This document shows positions 52,072 to 64,000 of a stretch of DNA of 64,000 bases, one piece after another (positions within the stretch are counted from its first letter, which is position 1; every line of letters starts with the position of its first letter). A program made the position numbers and the translations under genes. The notes under the pieces were generated by a model, which saw nothing but the letters and a program-made list of their open reading frames with translations, was not told where the DNA came from and made no database searches. This stretch comes from Octopus vulgaris (taxonomy: Eukaryota): NCBI GenBank assembly GCA_951406725.2, contig OX597830.1, forward strand, positions 23,002,001 to 23,066,000, written 5' to 3'.

Positions 52072-52260
52072 CCTACCTACCTACCTTCCTATCTATCTAT
52101 CTACCTACCTATCTACCTACCTTCGTATCTACCTACCTATCTATCTACCTACCTACCTACCTATCTACATATCTACATACCTACCTATCTGTCTCTCTCT
52201 CTACATACCTACCTGTTTGTCCGTTTGTCTATCTTTCTATCTATCTGTTTATCTATTCAC
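51955..52260. repeat. (CTAT)n/(CTAC)n tetranucleotide microsatellite
   Basis: Direct inspection; a similar tract lies at 63315-63455. Confidence 0.95.
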
Positions 52261-52391
52261 ATGCATACTTACACACGTGTGTATGACGAATGCATGTGTA
52301 TATGTATGTATGTATGAATGCATGTGTATATGTATGAATGTATAACTTTTAATAAATTTTCAGTGCCTTAGATATTTACATACACACACAC

Positions 52392-52432
<41 letters not shown>

Positions 52433-52854
52433 TTATGGTACCATTGTGGTTGTATAATTCTTTTAAAGTACCATTGAACTGGCACTGTACAGTTTCTTCT
52501 GGTTCTACCATTCCAGTGGTGCAACAGGAAAGTAAGGGGATGGGAGGGAAAGAGAACAATAAGGAAGAGGCAGGAGGTGAAGAGAATGAAGATGGAAATA
52601 ATAGAAAAATGGTCGATGAAAAGAAGAAGTGAGGATGGAGAAGGAGGAGGAGTAAATGGGGGGAGGGAGGGAGGAAAATGTTGATGGGAGGAGGAAGAAG
52701 TGGAGAAGAGGGGGGATAGAGGAAGAAATGGATGAGGTGGGAGAAAAGAGGGAGGAGTGCGGAAGGAGGAGAGAGAATGGATGAAGATTGGAGAAAGGAA
52801 AAAGATAGGAAAGAAAAGAGACATATTTTGAAGAAGAGGTGAAGCAACAATAAT

Positions 52855-53905
52855 AATAAATCTTTCTACTTATATACAAGACCTGAAATTTTGGGGGAGG
52901 GGTGTTAGTCGATTACATTGTCACCAGTATAAAACTGGTACTCATTTCATTGACCCTTCTGGGTGGTTGGTGTCAGGAAGGGCATCCGGCAGTAAAAACC
53001 GTGCCAAAACAGACAGAGAGGTCTGATGCAGTCTTCTGCCTGGCCAGCTCTTGTCAAACTGTCCTACCCATGCCAGCATGGAAGGTGGACGTTAAACGAT
53101 GATGATGATGATGATGATAGAAGGATGACAGTCAATGTTGACCTCTGTAGAATTTGAACTCAGAATGTAAAGACATAAGAAATGCTGCTAAACATTTTGT
53201 TCAGCTTGTTGCCTTTACAATAATAGCAATAATGGTTTCAAGTTTTGGAGGAGGAAATGAGTTGATTATATGAGCCCCAGTATGCAACTGGTACTTCTTT
53301 TATCGACCCTGAAAGGATAAAAGACAAAGTTGACCTTGATGGGATTTGAACTCACAACAAAGATGGATGAAATGCTGCAACACATTTTGCCCAGTATGCT
53401 AACAATCCTGCTAGCTCACCACCTTAATAGTAGTAGTAGCAGTAGTAGTAATAATAATAATACTACTAATAATAATCATTTCAAATTTTTACCACAAGGG
53501 TAGCTTGGAGGAAGTGAGGTTGAGTCGATTACATTGACCCCAGTGTTCAACTGGTACTTTATTTATCGACCCTGAAATAATGAAAGGCAAAATTAACCGT
53601 GGCGAAATTTGAACTCAGAAGGCAGCAATGGGCAGAATGCAGCTAAGCATTTTGTCCAGCATGTTAACGATTCTGCCAGCTTGCAGTCTTGAAGATGATG
53701 ATGATGACAATGATAATAATAATGATAATAATAATAATAATAATAATGATTACAAACTTTGGCACAAGGCCACAATTTCGAAGGAAGGGGTAGGTTGATT
53801 GCATCCTCCCCTGTACAAAACTGGTACTTATTTTATTGACCCTGAAAGGGTGAAAGGTAAAGTTGACCCCGGCAGAATTTGAACTCAGAACATGAAGACA
53901 GACAA
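52855..53905 (-). mobile_element. Head-to-tail array of four group B SINE copies separated by (TAA)n/(TAG)n
   Basis: Repeated gaccctgaaaggatgaaaggcaaagttgacc...gaatttgaactcagaa; the first copy is interrupted by an RTE 3'-UTR. Confidence 0.8.
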
Positions 53906-53934
53906 AATCCCACAAAGTCAGAAATAGGGATTTG

Positions 53935-54483
53935 AAGCTGGAAACACATGGTATGATCATTGAGTCTAAAGAGTACTGGAGCTGGAAAAATGTAAGATTT
54001 TGTGGAACTTACCTATTCAAACAGACAAGAAGTTAGAAAATGAAGGACCAGATATAACAATTATAGATAAGGAAATGTGAGGTAGCTTACTAATCGACCC
54101 ATCATACCTGTTGACTCTAGGATTGTAAAGAAAGAGGGGAGAAACACAAAGAAAATACAATCTCTTAAAATTTGAAATAGGAAGAATTAGGAGCATGAGG
54201 ACAGTAAAGGTTTTACCAATAATAATTGGAGCATTGGGAACAGTAAGCAAGATATAGACAAATGTCTGAGGGAGATTGAAAAAGAATGCTCGGTAGAGCT
54301 CCTTCAGAAAGTTTGTCTCTTGGGGACAGCAAGGATTATCAGGAGGGTTCTAAGCACTTGAAAGACAGCTGAAAACTTGTGGATAGCTAAGGTTATGGGT
54401 AGTAACCCACTACTCACAATACATCCTACCGGGAGTAAGACTGAACCTGAGCCAAACCAAAATAATAATAATAATAATAATAA
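53935..54483 (+). mobile_element. R4/Dong LINE 3' end (REL endonuclease) with (TAA)n tail
   Basis: IQTDKKLENEGPDITIIDK...KYNLLKFEIGRIRSMRTVKVLPIIIGALGTVSK...SVELLQKVCLLGTARIIRRVLST*. Confidence 0.88.
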
Positions 54484-55042
54484 TCACGTGACCGACCAGA
54501 CCATCAGATGTTGTTACACATCGCTGGTCACAATGCATTCGCATTGTTTTAGCCTTCAAATGACGCCACACCACTGGCTAAGCGAGCAGGCCAATAATAA
54601 TAATAATAATAATAATAATAATTAATTCATTTATTGGCCACAGGGGCTGACAAAAATTAATTAAAACATTAAGGGACAAAACACAGGACGAAAGTTACAA
54701 AGGGTTTTGTCCGTGCAAAAAACCGTGTAAAAATTCCAGAGATAACAACGAAAATATAACAATTGAAATTCCCAATAGGGGGAGGCGCTTCGAAAGGTTA
54801 CTCCTGGAAAAACCCATAAAAGCCACGGATGGAAGGGTGTCAGATGATACTATTGACCTGAGTATGAGACTGGAACTTTATTTTATCAACTCCAGAAAGG
54901 GATCAGAGGCAAAGTTGACCTCGGTGAGATCTGAACACAGAATGTGAAGAGCCAGAATAAATGAGAGCAATGAATGAGAAGACAGAGGTAGAAAAAAGGA
55001 GAAGAAATAAAGGAATAAGAGCAAGAGGGAAGAAGGGGTCAG

Positions 55043-55095
<53 letters not shown>

Positions 55096-55715
55096 TAATC
55101 AAGGCAAAGAAAATAAAAAAAAGGAAAGAAAAAGTAAAGACTAATTAAAGCCTACGTTAAGCTGTAATTGCTAATGATGCTGGATGCAGATAAAAGATAC
55201 ATGGTGACCAATGGCTTTCTTTGAAGATGATGGAAAACCTGGCCTCAGTGGTAATGACTAAAAGCAAATTAAAAATCACTAATTCACTAATGGAAGTACT
55301 TCATTACACCAAACCAGGGTATGTTTTACCTATGTGTGTGTGTATATAGTATAACACACACACACATATAGACATACACACACACATAAGTATAGACATC
55401 AGTGTGTGTAGGTATGTGTATACATATTTGGGTCAAATATGATATTAATTAATCATTGCTCCTCCCCACCACTCCTACTTTCCTACCCATATGTCCTCCA
55501 CCTCACAGTATCATCATTAGTGATGAGCCCTTTGGTTAATCTTTGTTGCCTGCTGTGTAATTAGAAACATGGAAATTGCCTTTATTGTTTAATTAATTGC
55601 TTAAGTAAATGAAAAAAAAAAGAACAACACATTATTCAAATACACACACACACACAAAAAGAAATACACACATATATATGAACTTGTATAAATGCATATC
55701 ATATCTATATATATA

Positions 55716-55752
<37 letters not shown>

Positions 55753-55859
55753 GCTCACAAACAAAAGTGCACGTATATATGAACTTGTACAAATGCAAAT
55801 ATATACCTATGTATAAGTGTATATGCATGCATAAAAACAAGTATATATAAGAACCTATG

Positions 55860-56549
<690 letters not shown>

Positions 56550-57000
56550 ATTTTTAATAAATTCCTGTTGTGTTATTGAAGGTTGCAGCTGTAAAAGCTA
56601 TTATTGTGTCAGTATGCCGTTGTATAATAATTCCAGTAAAGTACCACTGAACTGAGACTGTATGGTTTCTTCTGGTTCTGTAGTTTCAATGCTACAGTAC
56701 ACAAGTTCAGTAAACTTGAAAATGAAATTCATAGACTTCAAAAATCTCACCAGAAAAATTTAAGTGGGGCAAAAGAAAAAAAAAAACCGAAAAAGAAAAT
56801 GAATAAATAACTCCTAAGAACATGTAGTAATTTTGCTTTTAATATAGTGTTATCATATTTCCCTGTTCTTCTCTCTCTCCCTTCCTTATACACACACACA
56901 CATATATACATATAGATGGATATACACACCAATATATATATATATATGTATTATATATATATATATATGTTTATTTATTCGAATATGTACTGTGTGTGTG

Positions 57001-57036
<36 letters not shown>

Positions 57037-57221
57037 CGTGTGTGTATGTGTAGATATATACATAAATACACATATATCGATACAAACATATACACTTGTG
57101 TATGATGGTATATACACATAAATACATATATATGGATATATACATATATATGGATATATATATATATATGGATAGTCCAACCCATGCTAGCATGGAAAAC
57201 GGACGTTAAGCGATGATGATG

Positions 57222-57265
<44 letters not shown>

Positions 57266-58111
57266 GTTTGTGTATGTATGTGTATGCACATACAAATATA
57301 GGATATAAGCATAAATATATGCGTTGATATATCCACAATTCAAATAAAGTACTTAATCTAAGTAATATGCAGAGTGTAGATTTATTATATTCTTAATTAT
57401 CCTATTACTTTACAAAGCATTTCAGCCACTTATGATTATGTTACAAAATAACATATGCATTCTTTGAACAGGAAAAGAAACCATCTTCCACACAAATAGA
57501 GATTTTGATAGCACTAAGTTGAAAATACACTTGAACTCTTAATGTTCTACACTTTCCCAATTTTGTGATAATGATGTGAAGTGCAGAGCAAAAAATGATG
57601 CTCTTCATTTATTATATTTTATCAAAAACAGTTATTTTGACATTGCACAGCAACTTCCAGCTGGATGTTATTTGTATTTTTAAATAAACGTACTTTCTTT
57701 ATTCATCTTTATTTCATTGAGAGTATAGATAGCACGTTCATACAATGGATAGACTTAATATCTTAGGAATTTGTTTGCTGGGAATTAGTCCAAATATCTA
57801 CTAATGAGTATTTTTCTGGTAGTGTATTTTTCTAATTTGTTGGTGATACATTTATTCTTTTCCTCAAAATTAAATCCATTATCAAAATGTAATTTTCATT
57901 ACATTTAACAACATACATTTTGTGATTCCTTATGGTAATTATGTGCCCCGATTTCAATTTATAAAACTGCACCTTTTATCAGATCATTACAGATTCCACA
58001 GCTACTGGACACTTTTTGGCTGTTGCTGTTATTTGATATCTTTATTAAGCAGATAGATGCTGCTTAATAATTTCTGTCAGGATTCTGATTGTCTTTTAAT
58101 TTTAATTATTA

Positions 58112-58590
58112 CTTGTGGAGGAGTGGATGTGTGGAAAGTAGCTTGCTTACCAACCACATTGTTCCGGGTTCATTCCCACTGCGTGGCACCTTGGGCAAGA
58201 GTCTTCTACTATAGCCTCGGGCCGACCAAAGCCTTGTGAGTGGGTTTGGTAGACGGAGACTGAAAGAATCCCATCGTATATATGTATGGGTGTGTATATG
58301 TTTGTGTGTCTGTGGATTTAGAAGACGCAAACTGAAAGAAGCCCTTCGTATATGTATATGTATATATATACATGTATGTATGTGTGTCTGTTTCTGTCCC
58401 CCCAACATCGCTTGACAACCGATGCTGGTGTGTTTACGTCCCTGTAACTTAGCAGTTCAGCAAAAAAGACTGATAGAATAAGTACTAGGCTTCCAAAGAA
58501 TAAGTCCTAGGATCGATTAGCTCGACTAAAAGGTAGTGCTCCAGCATGGCCACAGTCAAATGACTGAAACAAATAAAAGAGTATAAGAGA
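58112..58590 (+). mobile_element. SINE group A with internal duplication of the gtggattt...aaactgaaagaagccc segment
   Basis: The segment occurs at ~58240 and again at ~58312. Confidence 0.88.
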
Positions 58591-58984
58591 ATGTATTGAG
58601 TGCATTTTTCATTCTTAGTGGTTTCCTCTACGATGACTTTTCTGATGAATAATATAGTATGTTTCTGTACTTTTTGAGTTGTGTGTTAATATATAAGGCA
58701 AAGCATTGAGAGAATCTGAAGTGCCATTTATCTTCTACAATTCCTGAATGGCTATCACTCTAGCACACTCTATTCCATTATCACCTAGAGTCATTTGAGT
58801 AATATCTTCTTAAATTCTTGAATTCACTTATCCTAGGTTTCTGAAATAGATGCAATTATGCCAATTCTTGCCCAATTACAAGCTATATATTTGTCCCTGT
58901 ATGGTTTCGATGATAAGAAGTAAATAACCTAAAAGACACTTTCATACAGAACCAACCAAAATCTGGACTCGGGAATGAAACATA

Positions 58985-59813
58985 CAAGATCTGATCAAAA
59001 AGTGTCAGGACTGTTGTTATGCTAATGGAGGAGCTAGAGGACGCCGAGTAAGGCTGTCTGGCACAGATATTGAACTCTGTTGTGCATGCACAAGTTATAA
59101 TGTTCTTGCTCACTTCTGTTGTTTATAGCAATGCTTGGAAGAAAAGTATGTAGAGCCTGGTTGTCTCAGAACACCATGGCAGCTCCATCAGTGACAATGG
59201 CATTTTGCCAAAAGCTTGGTGTTACCTGCACAGAGACCTATGCAAAGTTGCAGAAAGTGTATGAAGAGGAGAATGAATGGTTCAGATGTTTCAAATATAG
59301 CCAACAAGATGTCTAATGAGTTGAAGAAATGTGAAGACACTGTTGACAGTTTGTTTTGACAACAAGGGTATTGTTTATTATGAGTATGCTCCACCTGGTT
59401 AGAGAGTAAACAAGGAGTACTACCATGAAGTGGTGCAGCATTTAAGAGTGCATTTGTCAGAAAAGGACAGAATTGCATGCGTCCAGTGAGTCACAATTCC
59501 ACCATGACAATGCACCTGCCCATTCAGTGATACTCGTGCAGAAGAGTTTGGCTAAGCACGACATTACCCAAGTCTGACAAACACCGTTTTCCCTAGAACT
59601 TGCTCCTTTGCAACTTTTTCCATTTATCAAAATTCAAATACCACTTATGAGGAACAAAATTTCAAGACACTGAGAAAATCCAAGATAATGCGAAAAGGCA
59701 GCTGCTTGCTACAAGGGGACTGCTTTGAAGGAGATTAACTGTCAAACTGATTGATACGTGCTGTAGTTTTTCTTTTTATAGCACTGGTCCTGATACTTTT
59801 TGATCAGATCTTA
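58985..59813 (+). mobile_element. Internally deleted mariner with ~28-bp TIRs and TA duplication
   Basis: TA|caagatctgatcaaaaagtgtcaggac ... gtcctgatactttttgatcagatctta|TA. Motifs FCQKLGVTCTETYAKLQKVY, FDNKGIVYYEYAPPG, FHHDNAPAHS. Confidence 0.9.
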
Positions 59814-59907
59814 TAGTTACAGAAGAGAAGACTTTATGAACAAACAGTTAACAGTCACAAGCACAGAAATATTAATTTAATGAACTGGATCCAGTTGTTT
59901 TTTTAGA

Positions 59908-60117
59908 TTCTCTTTTACTTGTTTCAGTAATTTTGACTGCGGCCATGCTGGAGCACCGCCTTTAGTCAAACAAGCCAACTCCAGGACTTATTCTTAGTAA
60001 GCCTAGTACTTATTCTATTGGTCTCTTTTGCCGAACTGCTAAGTTAAGGGGACGTAAACACACCACCATCAGTTGTCAAGCGATGTTGGGGGGACAAACA
60101 CAGACACACAAACACAC

Positions 60118-60166
<49 letters not shown>

Positions 60167-60320
60167 TACAATTGGCTTCTTTCAGTTTCCATCTACCAAA
60201 TTCACTCACAAGGCTTTGGTCAGCCCGAGGCTATAGTAGAAGACACTAAGCCCAAGGTGCCACGCAGTGGGACTGAACCTGGAACCATGTAGTTGGTAAG
60301 CAAGCTACTTACTACACATG
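59908..60320 (-). mobile_element. SINE group A flanked by a direct repeat
   Basis: tggatccagttgtttttttaga occurs before (~59886) and after (~60326) the element. Confidence 0.88.
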
Positions 60321-61989
60321 CCTTTTGGATCCAGTTGTTTTTTTTAGACTGGGTCTAAAAAACATGATCACTTTGCAGCCATGAGCTTTTGTGTTTGGTC
60401 CCAATGTATGACATTTTTGCAAATACCTTCTACTTTAGCCCTGAGCCAACTAATGTGTAGTGAATGGGTCTGGTATACATAAATTGTCCCTAAATCATAC
60501 TTTCATATCCATCATTACTATACTCCATTCAGTTGAGGGGGCCTTATCCTGCAAGTATTTGGTGACCTCACTAGTGCCGGTTCCAAGAAGGAAGCACCAA
60601 GTACTCTCTGTAGAGTGGTTGGTATTATGAAGGGCATCCAGCCATAGAAACCATACCAAAGTGGACCCTGGGGCTTAGTATAGCCCATTAGCTCATCAGT
60701 TCCTATTGAACTGCCCAACATATACCAGCAAGGAAAAAGAGGTTTATTGATGATTATGATGTGTGAGTGTGTGTGCATGTATTTGACCCTCCTACCATCT
60801 GACACCCGATATTAGTTTGTTTATGTCCTGTAACATAGCAGTTCTGCAAAAGACATTGATAGAATAAGTATCTGACTTGAAAAAAACAATTAAGTACTGG
60901 GGTCAATTTGTTAGGCTAAACCCCTCAAAGCAGTCCCCCAGCATAGCTGTAGTCCAATGACTTAAACTAATAGAAGATAAAAGATAAATCTGTTGAACAA
61001 AACCTATCAAAGACAATCGAAATCCTTAATTAGATATTCAAAATAGCCTGCTTGTGAAATTAGCATACAAGTGGCTGAGTACTCCACAGACTTGTGTACC
61101 CTTAAAGTTGATTTCAAGGAGATTGAGTACGGCACACAAAATGTGACAAGGCTGGGCTTTCGAATTACAGGTACAAGTCATTTTTGCTAGCTGAGTGGAC
61201 TGGACCAATGTGAAATAAAATGTCTTGCTCAAGGACTCAAAGCATCACCAGGAATCGAACTCATGGCTTTATGATCATGAGCCGAATACCCCTAACTACT
61301 AAGCCATGCATTTTCACTAGCCACTTGGTAATTCTATGAACAAAGCAAAAAGAACTCAAAAGCTTAGAGTACTTGTTTAAAAAGGAAGGGTACACAGGAA
61401 AAAATGTAGTATTGGATGGTCACAACTGGAGCGTTTTTGATTAAAGGTCTTGACAGCCAAAGCTGACATGGGACATATCAACAACTAGAACAACCCAAGG
61501 ATACAATGAAATACTGGCAGCAACCATTAAAATCATGATTTACATATGGGAATTCTATCCATGTTTTGTGGTTCACTGCCTCAACAGCTCCTTTATAGGA
61601 TCCAGTGGCTAAAGACATCATCAGGAAGAACCACACCTGGTTTCAGTCCCTACTCCTCTACCGTTTTCGACGTGGTACCCCCTCACACCTTTTGGAGGTA
61701 TCTTCAGCTCTGGTATTGAGAGCATTTTTTCTTTGGTTCCTTTGACGCAGCGTCAATGCACGTCAGTGAGCAAAATGACCATCCTGTTAAATTTCCCTTC
61801 AAATAAAAAAAAAAAAAATTTTAAACTACCAAATTTAACCTCCACTACTCACACTTCTTCATATGGGTGAGATCCTTTATTTAGTGACCCCACCACCACC
61901 ACCACTACCTGAGAGGTTCTGCAAACTTAGAAGTGGGCCCAAGTGTTATATTAACAATGCACACTTGTAGATTTCTCAAGTTCTTAGCT

Positions 61990-62465
61990 GTTTTCTAGTA
62001 GGGACCATTATTGTTGTGGTACCATTAGAAACACTGTTGTAGAATTGTTTTCTATTAGAACCAGTATTGTGGAGAGTCTGTTGGGAGAAATAAAATAGTG
62101 GACCTAATTTTTTGTAAAAATCACCATTGTGGAAATGTTTTCCAGTGAAAATGCCATTACAGAGCTATTTTCTGCTAAAACTATCATTGTGGAGCTATTT
62201 TCTGGTGGAACTATCATTGTGGAGTTGTCTTCTGGTAAGACACCATTAGGAAGCTGTTTTATGGTAAAACCACCATTGTGGAGCTGTTTGCTAGTGAAAG
62301 ACTCACCGTGTGCTGTTTTTGGTAGAACCATCTTGGTGGATCTGTTTTTGGCAGAACCAGCTTTGTGGAGCCGTTTTGGTAGAACCAAAATTGAAGAGCT
62401 GTTTTTGGTAGATCCATCATTTTGGAGCTGTTTTAGGTAGGACCACCAGTGTGGAATTATTTTTC
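61990..62465. repeat. Minisatellite, 30-bp unit (ttttggtagaaccaccattgtggagctgtt-like)
   Basis: About 15 degenerate copies; unit length divisible by 3 explains the ORFs on both strands. Confidence 0.88.
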
Positions 62466-62559
62466 AAACCATTTGAAGTTCTCCATCTCTGATGATTTTT
62501 TACACATATTTCTACTGTTCATTTCGTTTCTGATTGCAACGTACAATATTATTGAATTA

Positions 62560-62950
62560 CCAGACTGTATATTGATAACAGTATCAATATCTATTCAATA
62601 TCAATATCATATATATCTATACAGTCAATATTACCGAATAATGATCGTACAGTCAATATTAATATGCCATGTCTACGCAGTCGATATCAATACACTGCGT
62701 TTACACAGCTGATATCAAAATACCATGTCCACACAGACGATATTAATATGCTACGTCTCTCTCCAGTCAATATCACAATGCCGTATCTTTTTGTCAATAA
62801 CAACAGCAGCATGTGATTTATACAGTCAATATCAAATAGGTTGTATCTATACAGTCGATATCGATACGCTACGCCTATCCAATCGATATTACTCTATTAC
62901 CATACCATACAAATGTACTACAGATTACGATTAAGCAGTTGATATCATCA
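62560..62950. repeat. Degenerate ~30-bp minisatellite (tctatacagtcaatatcaatatgccg-like)
   Basis: Recurrent acagtc(a/g)atat(c/t)aatat motif. Confidence 0.75.
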
Positions 62951-63271
62951 GATAATCTGGAGCTGTTATAGTAGATCATTTTTTTAAAAAAAAACAAAGA
63001 AAAAAATGAAATCAATTAATTAAAATATAAAAGAACTATTGCTTGTTTAATGGTTTGCTCTAATATTTATGATAGCATTGCTGATATCTCTGTGATGATG
63101 ATCATGTCCCATTACTAATGTCCCATTTCATAGATTAGACAACAGTTGGAAAGGTTGACTATTCAAATTGGTACCAACTTAAATAAATTGATTGGGGTTC
63201 TTCACAGCTCATTAATCTTTCATATAAAAATAATATAAAACAAAATAATACAATATATGTGTGTATTCATG

Positions 63272-63309
<38 letters not shown>

Positions 63310-63397
63310 TGTGTGTGTATCTATCTATCTACCATTCTATCTATCTATCCATCCATCTATCTATCTACCATTCTATCTATCTATCTATATCTACCAT

Positions 63398-63454
<57 letters not shown>

Positions 63455-64000
63455 ATATATGCACACACACAGACACATAATATATATGTGTGCATATGTA
63501 TGTAGGAATTAAATAAAAAGACAAAATAATATTAATATAACTTTTTTTTTATAAAAAAAAAACAGGAATAAATGTAATATAATAAAAGATGAAAAAAAAA
63601 ACATTGTAAAGATATTAAAAAAAAAGTCGTAAATGTGACGGCTTTGGCAAAGTATTTTAATTTATTTCAAAAGCTGAAATGGAATTAATGAAAAGCTTCG
63701 TAACCCCCAACACTTACAAATCCACCCCTACCTCATGCAAAAAACAACAACAACAGCCATAACGATGACAACAATTACAACAACGACCATAACGACAATG
63801 ACAGCTATTAATGGTTATAACAACAACAAAAATTACTGATATGACAAAAGGAATCACTACATCAAATTAATCCCCTCCTACCACGACCTCCACCACCAAC
63901 ACCAATAATAACAATAAACATAACAAAAGCAACCACTACATCAATTGCTTCTTCCCCCCTCTCCCTTCCCCTCAAACTATAACAAAAACAACAAATACAA

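Noticed and set aside
57450-58900. Possible very old minus-strand LINE RT remnant (also an RTE-like trace at 12900-13330)
   Set aside because: Only faint motifs; too degraded to call without an HMM search.

Overview
AT-rich, microsatellite- and SINE-dense animal DNA. The SINE/RTE families and repeat density suggest an octopod cephalopod (inference from pattern recognition). There are no prokaryotic features. The only host coding sequence I can support is two spliced minus-strand exons that the ORF track misses: 9985-9857 (129 nt) and 3185-3018 (168 nt). Both are phase 1-1 with canonical AG/GT sites and join into a complete 8-Cys WSC domain resembling that of protostome xylosyltransferase (oxt/sqv-6 type). 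Everything from 9986 to 64000 appears to be one intron of more than 54 kb. It holds three tRNA-derived SINE groups, RTE, R4/Dong, CR1 and Penelope remnants, Tc1/mariner, hAT, piggyBac-like and Helitron non-autonomous elements, minisatellites and several repeat-free homeodomain-site-rich islands. CRE and maT remnants lie in the intron between the two exons. Nearly all ORF-track entries are microsatellite or SINE read-through. I found no proven novel system. The best leads are: an inverted SINE pair bracketing the in-frame WSC cassette (possible skipping or stop-free circRNA), a multi-template insertion, a telomeric-repeat filler, modular SINE tails and candidate intronic enhancers.
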